64,000 nt of DNA from Saprospiraceae bacterium (GTDB lineage Bacteria > Bacteroidota > Bacteroidia > Chitinophagales > Saprospiraceae), in NCBI GenBank assembly GCA_047629355.1, contig JBLHWU010000002.1, forward strand, positions 948-64,947, written 5' to 3'. Both the position numbers and the translations under genes were made by a program. This document shows, piece after piece, positions 1 to 9,118 of this stretch (positions are counted from its first letter, which is position 1; each line of letters begins with the position of its first letter). Under the pieces are notes generated by a model. The model had not been told where the DNA came from, did not search any database, and saw only the letters and a list, made by a program, of their open reading frames with translations.

Positions 1-1
1 A

Positions 2-2929
2 TATTTTGTACGTGGATTGGGCTACGTTAAAAATATCGAGGATTTAGAGCAAAGCGTCGTCAAAGTAGACAATAATGTGCCTGTTCGGTTGAGTGATATT
101 GCTAAAATCAACATCGGCCCAGCTGCTCGTCGCGGTGTTTTAGATAAATCAGGAACAGAGGCAGTAGGCGGTGTCGTGGTCGCTCGTTATGGCGCGAATC
201 CATTGGAAGTCATTGAAAATGTGAAAGCCAAGATTGCAGAAATCGAACCCGGTTTAGCTACTAAAATTTTAGAAGATGGTACGGTCTCCCAAGTAAAAAT
301 AATTCCATTTTATGACCGTACCCAACTTATTAATGAAACCATCGGTACACTACAAGAAGCGCTGACTTTAGAAATACTGATTACCATTATGGTTGTCATT
401 CTAATGTTGTTCAATCTCAAATCTTCCATATTGATTGCGGGAACGCTACCCGTCGCGGTATTGATGTGCTTTATTGCGATGAAATATTTTGGGGTGGATG
501 CTAATATTGTCGCGCTATCAGGTATTGCGATTGCAATTGGAACAATGGTGGATATGGGCATTGTGTTGATTGAAAGTATTGTGAATCGGATGGAAGAAGT
601 GAAGAAGGCGGCTAGTCTACCCCCTGCCCCTGAAGGAGAGCATCCACACACTGAGGACATAGCGCAAAGTAGTTCCCATTCAGAAATTAGAAGTGATGAG
701 CCGCTTTTAGAAACCATTTATCAAGCAACCACCGAAGTCGCATCTGCGGTAATAACTGCCGTCGCAACAACGGTCATTAGTTTCATTCCTGTTTTTACAA
801 TGGAAGCCGCAGAAGGCAAGCTATTCAAACCGTTGGCTTACACCAAAACATTTGCCTTGGTCGCTTCCATTATGGTGGCAATTATGATTATTCCTCCGTT
901 AGCACATAGCCTGTTTTCTTTAAAATGGAAGTGGTCGGGCAAAAAGTTCACTAAACTTTCAAAGTTTAGTAAACCTGCAAAAATATTATTAAACCTCCTC
1001 TGCGCGCTCTGGATTACTTATTTTTTAGCAAGTCTTTGGATGCCATTAGGGGTTAATAAAAGTACATTTTCTAACTTCTTCTTTGTGGCATTGATTGCTG
1101 GATTATTACTTAGCTTTTTCTATTTAATCATCTACTTCTACGAAAACATTTTACGCTTTTTACTGCGCTTCAAAATCCTTTTTTTGCTACTGGTCGGTTT
1201 TATTGTTTATCAAGGAATTTTGGTTTTTCAAAATACAGGACAAGAATTTATGCCCTCTTTGGATGAAGGTTCATTTTTGCTCATGCCGACCTCTATGCCC
1301 CATGCAGGAATGGAGGAAAATGTCAAAAATCTGCGTTTGTTAGATATGGCGGTGACGGCGATTCCAGAGGTGGAAATGGTGGTTGGAAAAGCCGGACGAG
1401 TAAATAGTCCGCTCGACCCTGCGCCGATGTCGATGTACGAAAATGTGATTTTGTACAAATCGGAATATAAAACGGATAAAAATGGACATCGCATCCGCTA
1501 CCAATATGAAAATGGGGAATACATCAGAACAGCTAAAGGTGACTTAATACCTGATGAAAGCGGTCGCTACTTTCGACAATGGCGGGATGAAATTCAAAGT
1601 CCTGATGATATTTGGAACGAAATTACCAAAGCGACCAAATTGCCAGGTGTAACTTCCGCACCAAAGTTACAACCCATCGAAACCCGTTTGATTATGCTAC
1701 AAACAGGAATGCGTGCGCCAATGGGTATCAAGGTTCGTGGAGCAGATTTAGCGACTATCGAAGCATTTGGTTTGGAGCTGGAAAAACATTTGAAAGAAGT
1801 AGACGGCGTGAAGGATGCGGCTGTTTTTGCGGATAGAATTGTGGGCAAACCTTACCTATTATTAGACATCAACCGCGAAACCATTGCTCGTTATGGTTTG
1901 ACCATTGAGCAAGTGCAGCGGCACATTCAGGCAGCAATTGGTGGCATGACAATGACTTCAACAGTCGAAGGCAGAGAACGCTATGCTATCCGCATTCGCT
2001 ACCCTCGCGAATTGCGCAATGACCCAGAAATGCTGAAACAAATCTACATCCCAACGGCAACAGGGCAACAAATTCCATTAGGGCAATTGGTGGAAATCAA
2101 ATACGAACAAGGCGCGCAATCTATTAAAAGTGAAGATGGTTTTTTGATTGGTTTTGTACTCTTTGATAAAGAAAATGGAGAATCAGAAGTAGAAGTGGTT
2201 AATCGGGCGCAGCAATATCTAACGCAACAAATTGAGGAAGGAAATTTAGAAGTCCCTGCGGGTATTAACTACCGTTTTGCGGGAAGCTACGAACAGCAAG
2301 TGCGGGCTAACAAGCGATTAAATTTGGTGGTTCCCATTGCTTTAGCCATTATTTTCCTGATTTTATACTTTCAATTTAAATCCGTCACCATTTCCCTAAT
2401 GGTCTTTACAGGAGTCTTTATTGCCTTCGCGGGTGGCTTCATTATGATTGGCTTGTATGATACCGATTGGTTTTTAAACTTCGATTTTTTCGGTAAAAAT
2501 ATGCGCGACCTTTTCCAAATTCAAACCGTGAATTTGAGCGTTGCGGTCTGGGTTGGCTTTCTCGCTTTGTTTGGCATTGCGACAGATGATGGCGTTTTGG
2601 TCGCTACTTTCCTAAAAGATAGTTTTCAAAAAAATGAACCGCAATCTATCTCCGAAATCCGCGATGCCGTGGTAGCTGGTGGTTTGCGGCGAGTGCGCCC
2701 TGCCATGATGACAACGGCGACAACGATTTTGGCATTGTTGCCCGTGTTGGCATCGACGGGACGTGGTTCGGATATTATGTTGCCAATGGCAATTCCGTCT
2801 TTTGGGGGAATGACCTTGCAGATGATAACGATGTTTACGGTGCCGGTTTTGTATTCACTTTGGAAGGAATGGACATGGCGGTGGAGAAATCGAAATAAAA
2901 AAGAGGCATCGCCTCATCCCAATTTGTAA
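2..2929 (+). CDS. cusA: CusA/CzcA-family heavy-metal efflux RND permease, 5'-truncated by the window edge
   Basis: The frame is open from base 2 (YFVRGLGYVKNIEDLEQSVV...). Long multi-TM protein with RND-like segments (GIAIAIGTMVDMGIVLIESI, FGIATDDGVLVATF, C-terminal AIPSFGGMTLQMITMFTVPVLY). OMF and MFP genes follow. Confidence 0.9.
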   Translation, partial: YFVRGLGYVKNIEDLEQSVVKVDNNVPVRLSDIAKINIGPAARRGVLDKSGTEAVGGVVVARYGANPLEVIENVKAKIAEIEPGLATKILEDGTVSQVKIIPFYDRTQLINETIGTLQEALTLEILITIMVVILMLFNLKSSILIAGTLPVAVLMCFIAMKYFGVDANIVALSGIAIAIGTMVDMGIVLIESIVNRMEEVKKAASLPPAPEGEHPHTEDIAQSSSHSEIRSDEPLLETIYQATTEVASAVITAVATTVISFIPVFTMEAAEGKLFKPLAYTKTFALVASIMVAIMIIPPLAHSLFSLKWKWSGKKFTKLSKFSKPAKILLNLLCALWITYFLASLWMPLGVNKSTFSNFFFVALIAGLLLSFFYLIIYFYENILRFLLRFKILFLLLVGFIVYQGILVFQNTGQEFMPSLDEGSFLLMPTSMPHAGMEENVKNLRLLDMAVTAIPEVEMVVGKAGRVNSPLDPAPMSMYENVILYKSEYKTDKNGHRIRYQYENGEYIRTAKGDLIPDESGRYFRQWRDEIQSPDDIWNEITKATKLPGVTSAPKLQPIETRLIMLQTGMRAPMGIKVRGADLATIEAFGLELEKHLKEVDGVKDAAVFADRIVGKPYLLLDINRETIARYGLTIEQVQRHIQAAIGGMTMTSTVEGRERYAIRIRYPRELRNDPEMLKQIYIPTATGQQIPLGQLVEIKYEQGAQSIKSEDGFLIGFVLFDKENGESEVEVVNRAQQYLTQQIEEGNLEVPAGINYRFAGSYEQQVRANKRLNLVVPIALAIIFLILYFQFKSVTISLMVFTGVFIAFAGGFIMIGLYDTDWFLNFDFFGKNMRDLFQIQTVNLSVAVWVGFLALFGIATDDGVLVATFLKDSFQKNEPQSISEIRDAVVAGGLRRVRPAMMTTATTILALLPVLASTGRGSDIMLPMAIPSFGGMTLQMITMFTVPVLYSLWKEWTWRWRNRNKKEASPHPNL

Positions 2930-3204
2930 CGATGAATATTAGCAGATTACAAAAAGGCGTAGCCTTGACACCATTTGTAGAAATGGTCAATGGCAATTCC
3001 AAAAGTGGCGTAGCCACGATACCGTTTGTAACAACAAATGAATATCGATTGCAAAAGTGGCCTAGCCACGGCACTTTGCATACTTGACCGCTAATTTATA
3101 AATCGTCTTTAAATGAAAAAGTGATGTAAATGTGCCGTAGCGATGCTACTAATTTAACGTTTTAACCCCCATTCCTACAAACGGTATCGTGGCGATGCCA
3201 CTTT
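2897..3204. repeat. REP-like array: four direct copies (about 2897, 2951, 3001, 3053) then two inverted copies (about 3128, 3175)
   Basis: Unit is about 30 bp: AAAAG + 5-bp stem / 3-nt loop / 5-bp stem + spacer + TTTGTA. Stems co-vary (GTGGC..GCCAC, GAGGC..GCCTC, AAGGC..GCCTT). The first copy overlaps the cusA stop codon. Confidence 0.75.
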
Positions 3205-3222
3205 GAAATAACACCATTTATA

Positions 3223-3674
3223 TCAATCAATATCATAAACATCATCAAAAAAATCGAACAAATACTGGTCATCAAAATCAACATCAAATTTATTCAACAT
3301 ATCGAGATATTCTTCTCGAAATGTGCGCTTACAGTCGTGTTCCTCTTGATTCAAAACATATTTAACAACTGCGTCAATATGAGAACGAAAATAAGAAAAG
3401 GCATCCAATCTTGCTTTTTAATGAATTTAGTAGTGGCACTTTTGGTCTCTTGTACCAATTCGGAAAGACTTTGAGCAGGATGAAGACCAATAAAAAGATG
3501 GGTGTGGTCAGGCATACAATTAATTGCTAAAACCTTATGTTTTCGCTCTTGGACTACGCCTGTCATATAGCGTTGAACTTCCGATTTGTGAGCTTTTGGA
3601 ATTAAATGTTCACGACCAGTTACAAAGAACACAATTTGAATATACAATTGGGTGTAGGTGTTTGCCATTTTCAT
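3223..3674 (-). pseudogene. IS200/RAYT-like (REP-associated tyrosine transposase, Y1 HUH) gene, internally deleted and frameshifted
   Basis: ORF 3351..3674 carries MANTYTQLYIQIVFFVTGRE...MPDHTHLFIG (HUH = HTH). The C-terminal part (DAFSYFRSHIDAVVKYVLNQEEH..., carrying the expected catalytic Tyr region) lies in another frame (3223..3408). About 10 codons normally found between FIKKQ and GAFSY are missing. Confidence 0.75.
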
Positions 3675-3748
3675 GTAGTTTTTGTAAAAATAAAATAAAA
3701 ATGTTTGGACAAAAAAAAATAAAAATTAATAAAATATTGAGTGATTTA

Positions 3749-3820
3749 GTGCCGAAGCTACGCTTCTTTGAGCTATTCCGTAAATGTTTCTACAAACAGT
3801 ATCGAGGCGATGCCTCTTTT
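3749..3820 (-). repeat. Two more inverted REP-like copies on the other side of the RAYT remnant
   Basis: gtgccGAAGCtacGCTTCtttgag (about 3749-3773) and ctacaaacagtatcGAGGCgatGCCTCtttt (3790-3820). Same architecture as the 2897-3204 array. Confidence 0.65.
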
Positions 3821-3859
3821 ATTGACAGAAATATTGGAAAAATTAATAGGGTTTTTATA

Positions 3860-5074
3860 ATGTCAATTTTCGTACTAATTAAGATTAACGGATTATCCGC
3901 TCAATCTTTAAATGAATTATTGACAATCGCCAACACCAATAATTTAGACCTAAAAATCCTTGAATCCAACTACCGTGCTGCTTTAGAAAAAGCGCCGCAA
4001 GTCAGTCAACTACCTGACCCCGAAATTGGTCTTGGTGCTTTCCCTTTGCCGGTCGAAACACGGTTGGGAGCGCAAATTTTTCGGGCAAGTGCCACGCAGA
4101 TGTTTCCATGGAAAGGGGTTTTGGAGGGTAAAAATAATTTAGAATTAGCGAAAGCCAAAGCCATTTATGAAAAGATAGCAGTACGGCAGTTAACGCTACA
4201 TTTTCAAGTAAAAAAAGCCTGGTTGAAACTGTACGAATTGGAAAAAAGCAAAGCCATTATTGAGCGCAATTTAATCTTGTTAGATGCACTGGATAAGCTG
4301 GCTTTAGCCAAAGTAGAAAGTGGAAAAGCAAGTGCTGCTGATGTCCTACGGGTTCAGCTAAAAACCACGGAATTAGAACAAGAATTAGCTATTTTGGAAA
4401 CGGCAAAAAGTAAACCGATTGCAAGTATCAACCAACTCTTAAACCGTCCGATTGATACACCCATTTTCATAAAAGACAGCCTTGATTTTGCCATCATTCC
4501 TTTTCAAAAAGATACCTTGATGGCGAATATTCAAGCCAATCATCCGATGATTAAAATGTTTGAATTGCAGCAAAAAATATCAGAAGAAGCCATTAAAGTG
4601 AATACTTTGAATAACAAACCGACTTTCGGCGTAGGACTTGATTACATCATGGTCAATGAAAGAAGCGATGCAAATCCATCAGGAAATGGGCGGGACATTG
4701 TACAACTTCGAGGAATGGTGAAAATACCGCTATATCGTCAAAAATATGAAGCTAAAGAACGGGAAGAACAGCTAAAGATAGCTGCTTTGGATGACCAAAA
4801 AGAAAACGTAATAGGAACTTATTTAGCAGAAATTGAAAAGGCGTATTCAGATTATAAATCTGCTCAATTGAGCGTAAATTTATATCAGCAACAAGTGGAA
4901 ACTACCAAGGCAGTCTTGAATATCTTGGAATCCAAATATAGTGCTGACGGTAATAATTTTGATGAATTGCTACGATTGGAAAAAGAATTAATTGACTATG
5001 ATTTAAAAACGCTAAAAGCGATTGTTCATAGTCATTTAGCGAAATATAAAATTGAACAATTTATAACACTTTAA
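3860..5074 (+). CDS. TolC/CusC-like outer-membrane efflux factor
   Basis: I take the start at ATG 3860 (MSIFVLIKINGLSAQ signal). The upstream part of track ORF 3524.. overlaps the RAYT remnant and REP copies. Sequence is typical of an OMF (SLNELLTIANTNNLDLKILESNYRAALEKA...PDPEIGLGAFPLPVETRLGAQ). Confidence 0.85.
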   Translation: MSIFVLIKINGLSAQSLNELLTIANTNNLDLKILESNYRAALEKAPQVSQLPDPEIGLGAFPLPVETRLGAQIFRASATQMFPWKGVLEGKNNLELAKAKAIYEKIAVRQLTLHFQVKKAWLKLYELEKSKAIIERNLILLDALDKLALAKVESGKASAADVLRVQLKTTELEQELAILETAKSKPIASINQLLNRPIDTPIFIKDSLDFAIIPFQKDTLMANIQANHPMIKMFELQQKISEEAIKVNTLNNKPTFGVGLDYIMVNERSDANPSGNGRDIVQLRGMVKIPLYRQKYEAKEREEQLKIAALDDQKENVIGTYLAEIEKAYSDYKSAQLSVNLYQQQVETTKAVLNILESKYSADGNNFDELLRLEKELIDYDLKTLKAIVHSHLAKYKIEQFITL

Positions 5075-5076
5075 CC

Positions 5077-5286
5077 ATGAGGTACAAGCGAAAAAAGAAA
5101 AAGCAACCACCTCAAAAGAAAACCAATCCGCAAGATAAACGGACAGAATGGATTGTCATTTTAGTTATTGCCATTTTGACAATTATTGGCCTATTGACTT
5201 CCTTTCTTTTTTTTAAAGGTTTTGAAGGAACGGAAAAAGACAAAAATTTTAACAAATTTGAAATTCAAGAAGATGCAAATAAATAA
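5077..5286 (+). CDS. Small Lys-rich single-pass membrane protein, hypothetical
   Basis: The ATG lies 2 nt after the OMF stop and the 3' end overlaps the cusB start by 14 nt, a translational-coupling geometry. It has one clear TM helix (WIVILVIAILTIIGLLTSFLFF). I recognise no family. Confidence 0.4.
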   Translation: MRYKRKKKKQPPQKKTNPQDKRTEWIVILVIAILTIIGLLTSFLFFKGFEGTEKDKNFNKFEIQEDANK

Positions 5287-7039
5287 AAAAATCATTGGGA
5301 CAGCTATCGTTGCGGTTATCATTGGCTTGGGATTAGGATATTTGATTTTTGGCAATCAAAACACCAGAAAACCACTTACTGAAAACCATCAACATGGGAT
5401 GGAAAAAGAAGCCTCGCCAATACCAAATGCTGAAGAAATTTGGACTTGTTCCATGCACCCCCAAATCCGACAACCAGAATCTGGGGATTGTGCGATTTGC
5501 GGAATGGATTTAATTTTGTTGGAGGAAAATACCTCTGACGACCCCTTAGTTTTGCAAATGACTAAATCTGCCGTAAAATTAGCAAATATTCAAACCACAA
5601 CGGTCGGTAAATCAACGATAGAAACTGGCTCAACGATGCGACTATCTGGCAAGGTACAAGCCGATGAACGACGGGCGTCTTCCCAAGTTGCGCATGTAGC
5701 AGGGCGCATTGAAAAACTCTATGTTACGTTCACCAGCGAACAAGTAAATAAAGGTCAAAAGCTGGCAGAAATTTACTCACCAGATTTGATTTCAGCACAA
5801 AGAGAATTGTTAGAAGCCTTGAAATTGCAAGACTTAAACCCTGACTTAGTAGAAGCCACAAGGAAAAAATTGCGGTATTTAAAAATCAGTAATTCCACCA
5901 TCCAAAACATCGAAGATAAAGGAAGTATTCAAGAAACCTTTACCCTTTATGCGGATGCATCGGGCATTGTGAGTGACCGTAAAGTTTCCGTTGGTGACTA
6001 TATAGCTAAAGGCGAACCGTTATTTCACCTGATGAATCTGTCTCAAGTTTGGGTACTGTTTGATGCTTATGAGGAAGCATTAGGGCACATAAAAAAAGGC
6101 GATAAAATTGAATTTACGACCCCTTCCATCTCTAATAAAACGTTTACGACAAGCATCACTTTTATTGACCCAATTATTGACCCAATGACGCGAGTCGTTT
6201 CGTTGAGAACGGAAGTCAGAAATTCCAGTCGTTTACTAAAACCTGAAATGTTGGTGTATGGCATTTTAAAAAATAAAGGGCTGCAAAATAAAACCTTGAC
6301 CGTGCCAAAATCTGCCGTTTTGTGGACGGGTAAACGCTCGGTGGTTTATGTTAAAGTACCGGATACAGAGATTCCTTCTTACCAATTTCGGGAAGTGCAA
6401 TTGGGCGAAGGAACGGGTAATGGATATCCAATAATGAGTGGTTTGGAAGCAGGCGAACAAGTGGTTACCAATGGAAGTTTCACCATTGATGCGGCGGCAC
6501 AACTCAACAATCAGGCAAGTATGATGAACCGAAATGTGACCATAAAGAAGGAGAAAGTAGGCATTCCTAATTTTCAAAAGGAAACACCTGATGTATTCAA
6601 AAAACAGTTGAATGAAGTTACCAACGCCTACATCCAACTGAAGGATGCTTTAGTTGCAACGGATGGAAGAAAAGCCATTCCTACTGCTGAAATAGTAGTG
6701 GCGAGAATCGACATGGTGGATATGAAATTGCTAAAAGGTGATGCCCATATTTATTGGATGGAGCAATTGGACGCCCTGCAAGCACACAGTCAAAAAATAA
6801 CCAAAATAGAAGATATCGAGGAGCAACGCAAGCAATTTGGGTTCCTTTCTACCGCGTTAATCAATTCAATTGAAGCCTTTGGAACAATAGGTAATGCCTT
6901 TTATGTACAACATTGTCCCATGGCATTTGGCAATGAAGGAGCGGATTGGTTGGCGGTGGAAGAAGCGATTCAAAATCCTTATTTTGGAGATAAAATGATG
7001 AAGTGTGGTTTGGTAAAGAAGACATTTTCGAACGAATAA
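5273..7039 (+). CDS. cusB: CusB-like RND periplasmic adaptor with N-terminal HMBD (CxMH...CxxCGM) and C-terminal DUF3347-like domain
   Basis: Start chosen at MQINKKIIGTAIVAVIIGLG (TM anchor). It contains WTCSMHPQIRQPESGDCAICGMDL and an MFP core (LSGKVQADERRASSQVAHVAGRIEKLYV...). The C-terminus matches my memory of DUF3347 (FYVQHCPMAF...ADWL...NPYFG). Confidence 0.85.
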   Translation: MQINKKIIGTAIVAVIIGLGLGYLIFGNQNTRKPLTENHQHGMEKEASPIPNAEEIWTCSMHPQIRQPESGDCAICGMDLILLEENTSDDPLVLQMTKSAVKLANIQTTTVGKSTIETGSTMRLSGKVQADERRASSQVAHVAGRIEKLYVTFTSEQVNKGQKLAEIYSPDLISAQRELLEALKLQDLNPDLVEATRKKLRYLKISNSTIQNIEDKGSIQETFTLYADASGIVSDRKVSVGDYIAKGEPLFHLMNLSQVWVLFDAYEEALGHIKKGDKIEFTTPSISNKTFTTSITFIDPIIDPMTRVVSLRTEVRNSSRLLKPEMLVYGILKNKGLQNKTLTVPKSAVLWTGKRSVVYVKVPDTEIPSYQFREVQLGEGTGNGYPIMSGLEAGEQVVTNGSFTIDAAAQLNNQASMMNRNVTIKKEKVGIPNFQKETPDVFKKQLNEVTNAYIQLKDALVATDGRKAIPTAEIVVARIDMVDMKLLKGDAHIYWMEQLDALQAHSQKITKIEDIEEQRKQFGFLSTALINSIEAFGTIGNAFYVQHCPMAFGNEGADWLAVEEAIQNPYFGDKMMKCGLVKKTFSNE

Positions 7040-7060
7040 ACTTGTTTATAATTCTACCTT

Positions 7061-7220
7061 AGTAACGATAAAATAATAAGTCTGACAAGTTAGACAGTGG
7101 ATAATTTTTCTCAGTTTTTACTTGAAAGAAGGATAATTGTTGATACTTTGACTAATTTCAAGTGAAAAATGAGGGAAATTTGCCCTGTCTAAATGGCGGA
7201 GTTATTTTTTTATCGTTACT
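7061..7220 (+). mobile_element. MITE family A, copy 1 (160 bp)
   Basis: Imperfect terminal inverted repeats of about 35 bp: AGTAACGATAAAATAATAAGTC...GGAGTTATTTTTTTATCGTTACT. A full reverse-complement copy lies at 15684-15841. Confidence 0.85.
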
Positions 7221-7348
7221 TAAGACTCTTGTTTCATTATTTATCAATGAGGAGTTTGAGGGAAAAAATTGGGCATTAATCCCGATTTTTTTCCTCAAAA
7301 CACCCGCCCCGTCGCCTTTGGCGGTTTGCATCAGATTTAAGAGTCTTA
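7221..7348 (+). repeat. Three-hairpin core repeat, copy a
   Basis: TTGAGGGAAAAAA..TTTTTTCCTCAAAA hairpin, then the GC palindrome region (cgccccgtcgcctttggcgg). Bounded by the inverted repeat TAAGACTCTT / AAGAGTCTTA. Confidence 0.7.
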
Positions 7349-7373
7349 AAGTAGAAATAAATACCAGAGAACT

Positions 7374-8342
7374 ATGGATAGTTTAACTCAAGCCGCTTTA
7401 GGTGCAGCCGTTGGAGAGGCAATTTTAGGTAAAAATATTGGGAATAAAGCTGCCATAATAGGTGCTGTCTTAGCAACTATTCCTGACTTGGATGTATTAC
7501 TTACACCATTTTTTTCTGCTTTTGAAAAGATTAGCGTACATCGTGGGTATAGCCATTCCATTTTATTTTGCTTGCTAGGTGGGTTATTATTTGCCTATAT
7601 TTTGAGTAAGATAAAATGGACAAAGTCGGTGCGTTTTCCTCGATTATTTTTGTTAAGTTTTCTGGCTTTGTTTACTCATGTTTTGCTCGATGCTTTTACT
7701 ACTTATGGAACACAATTATTTCTACCTTTTACAGATTGGCGAGTTAGTTTTGATAGCATCAATATTGTTGACCCTGTTTATACGATACCCTTATTGGTTG
7801 GTGTTTTGATGAGTGTTTTTTATTTTAAAAAAACAGCTACTAAAAGAGCGATGCCCAACAATATCGGCTTAATGATTAGTTCTTTATACCTTCTTTTCAC
7901 GCTTGCCAATAAGCAGCATATTGAGCAGGTTTTCAATGCTCAATTAGAAGCAAAGAATATCCCTTCTTTTCGATTGTTGACCGTTCCTGTTGGCATTGGA
8001 AATGTGAATTGGTATGGTGTGGCAAAAGACGAAACACATTTGTACATTGGAAAATACTCGGAGTTAGAACGCAATGAAATTGAATTGGACTCCTTTCCAA
8101 TTAATGACCAATTGTTAGCAGGTTTAGACCCCATTTTGGTAGATAGAATGAAATGGTTTGCGCAGGATTTCTACACGGTCGCTGAAAAAGATGGCAAGAT
8201 TCGGATTTATAATATGCAGTGTGATATGCAGGGCGTAAGAACTTACGGTGACTACAAAGCACCCACAGCTTTTTATTTTGAAATTGAACCGAAAGAGAAT
8301 GGAGCGTATGAATTGAAATCAGGGATGCATCCAAAGCAATAG
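7374..8342 (+). CDS. Membrane-bound metal-dependent hydrolase, YbcI/DUF457-like
   Basis: N-terminus is MDSLTQAALGAAVGEA...ATIPDLDVLL...HRGYSHSILF, with multiple TM segments. This matches my memory of DUF457. Confidence 0.65.
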   Translation: MDSLTQAALGAAVGEAILGKNIGNKAAIIGAVLATIPDLDVLLTPFFSAFEKISVHRGYSHSILFCLLGGLLFAYILSKIKWTKSVRFPRLFLLSFLALFTHVLLDAFTTYGTQLFLPFTDWRVSFDSINIVDPVYTIPLLVGVLMSVFYFKKTATKRAMPNNIGLMISSLYLLFTLANKQHIEQVFNAQLEAKNIPSFRLLTVPVGIGNVNWYGVAKDETHLYIGKYSELERNEIELDSFPINDQLLAGLDPILVDRMKWFAQDFYTVAEKDGKIRIYNMQCDMQGVRTYGDYKAPTAFYFEIEPKENGAYELKSGMHPKQ

Positions 8343-8363
8343 CATTTTGAAAAAAGCAGAATA

Positions 8364-8915
8364 ATGAAAAATGTAAAAATATTAATAAAAAACATGGTTT
8401 GCCCAAGATGTATTCGGGTAGTCAATGATGATTTAACGGCGTTGCAACTGCCTTTGGAAAGAGTAGAAATGGGTATTGTTTGGATGAAAAAGGAATTAAC
8501 CACAAAGCAAGCACAAGCCATGCAAGAAGTTCTGGAAGCCAGTGGTTTTGAAATTATTGAAAATCGGGAAGATGCCTTGGTTGAAGAAATTAAAAAGTTG
8601 ATAACGGAATATCTATTCGGGCAGACCCCAAAAGCAAACTCACTTAACTTCTCTGATTATTTGATGCAAAAAACCAATGTTAATTACGGGCAATTAAGTC
8701 GCTTATTTTCTACGACAACGAGGATGACGATTGAACAATTTATCATTATACAGAAAATTGAACGAGTGAAAGAGTTAATGAAAACTGGCGAAAAAAACTT
8801 ATCTGAAATTAGTTTAGAAATGCAATACAGCAGTCCGCAACATTTGTCTACTCAATTTAAGAAAGTGACGGGCATGACACCAACTGCTTATAAATTGAGA
8901 CAATTGGAAGATTAG
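8364..8915 (+). CDS. AraC/XylS-family transcription regulator with N-terminal HMA-like CxxC domain
   Basis: N-terminus IKNMVCPRCIRVVNDDL...VEMG is ferredoxin-fold HMA-like. The C-terminus is an AraC HTH (EISLEMQYSSPQHLSTQFKKVTGMTPTAYK). It sits directly upstream of copA. Confidence 0.8.
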   Translation: MKNVKILIKNMVCPRCIRVVNDDLTALQLPLERVEMGIVWMKKELTTKQAQAMQEVLEASGFEIIENREDALVEEIKKLITEYLFGQTPKANSLNFSDYLMQKTNVNYGQLSRLFSTTTRMTIEQFIIIQKIERVKELMKTGEKNLSEISLEMQYSSPQHLSTQFKKVTGMTPTAYKLRQLED

Positions 8916-8959
8916 AAAATCATAATCCTATACAATTCAATCAGAATTCTGTACATCGA

Positions 8960-9096
8960 AAAGGGCTGTTTATTTGTTTATCAAAGGGGTTTTAGGAGAG
9001 AGAAAAATTGAATTTTTATAGAAAATTGAATTTTTCTCTCCCCTAAGCCTCCTCCCCTGCCGCCGCAGGCAGCGGGCTGGGTGGTTTTGATCCGTA
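8960..9096 (+). repeat. Three-hairpin core repeat, copy b, filling the araC-copA gap
   Basis: ATCAAAGGGGTTTTAGGAGAGAGAAAAATT..AATTTTTCTCTCCCCTAAGCCTCC then ctgccgccgcaggcagcggg. It ends about 20 bp before the copA ATG. Confidence 0.7.
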
Positions 9097-9118
9097 CATT
9101 TTTAAAAAATAATTAGAC

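Noticed and set aside
310-1848. Track ORFs antisense to or overlapping cusA (310..717, 1228..1494, 1594..1848, 1612..1836). Similar internal or antisense ORFs occur in copA, the propeller genes, gdh, gcvT, guaB, the patatin gene and others.
   Set aside because: They lie entirely inside long ORFs with clear family signatures, have low-complexity or odd composition, and have no start context of their own.
3524-3859. N-terminal 112-aa extension of the OMF ORF.
   Set aside because: It overlaps the RAYT remnant on the other strand and translates REP units. A good signal peptide starts at Met 3860.
7162-7386. ORFs that translate repeats: 7162..7386, 15365..15616, 32827..33072, 38081..38290, 44848..45045. 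They share CRRQRALCF-like peptides.
   Set aside because: The shared peptide is simply the GC palindrome of the three-hairpin repeat read in frame. The copies occur in both orientations and different frames.
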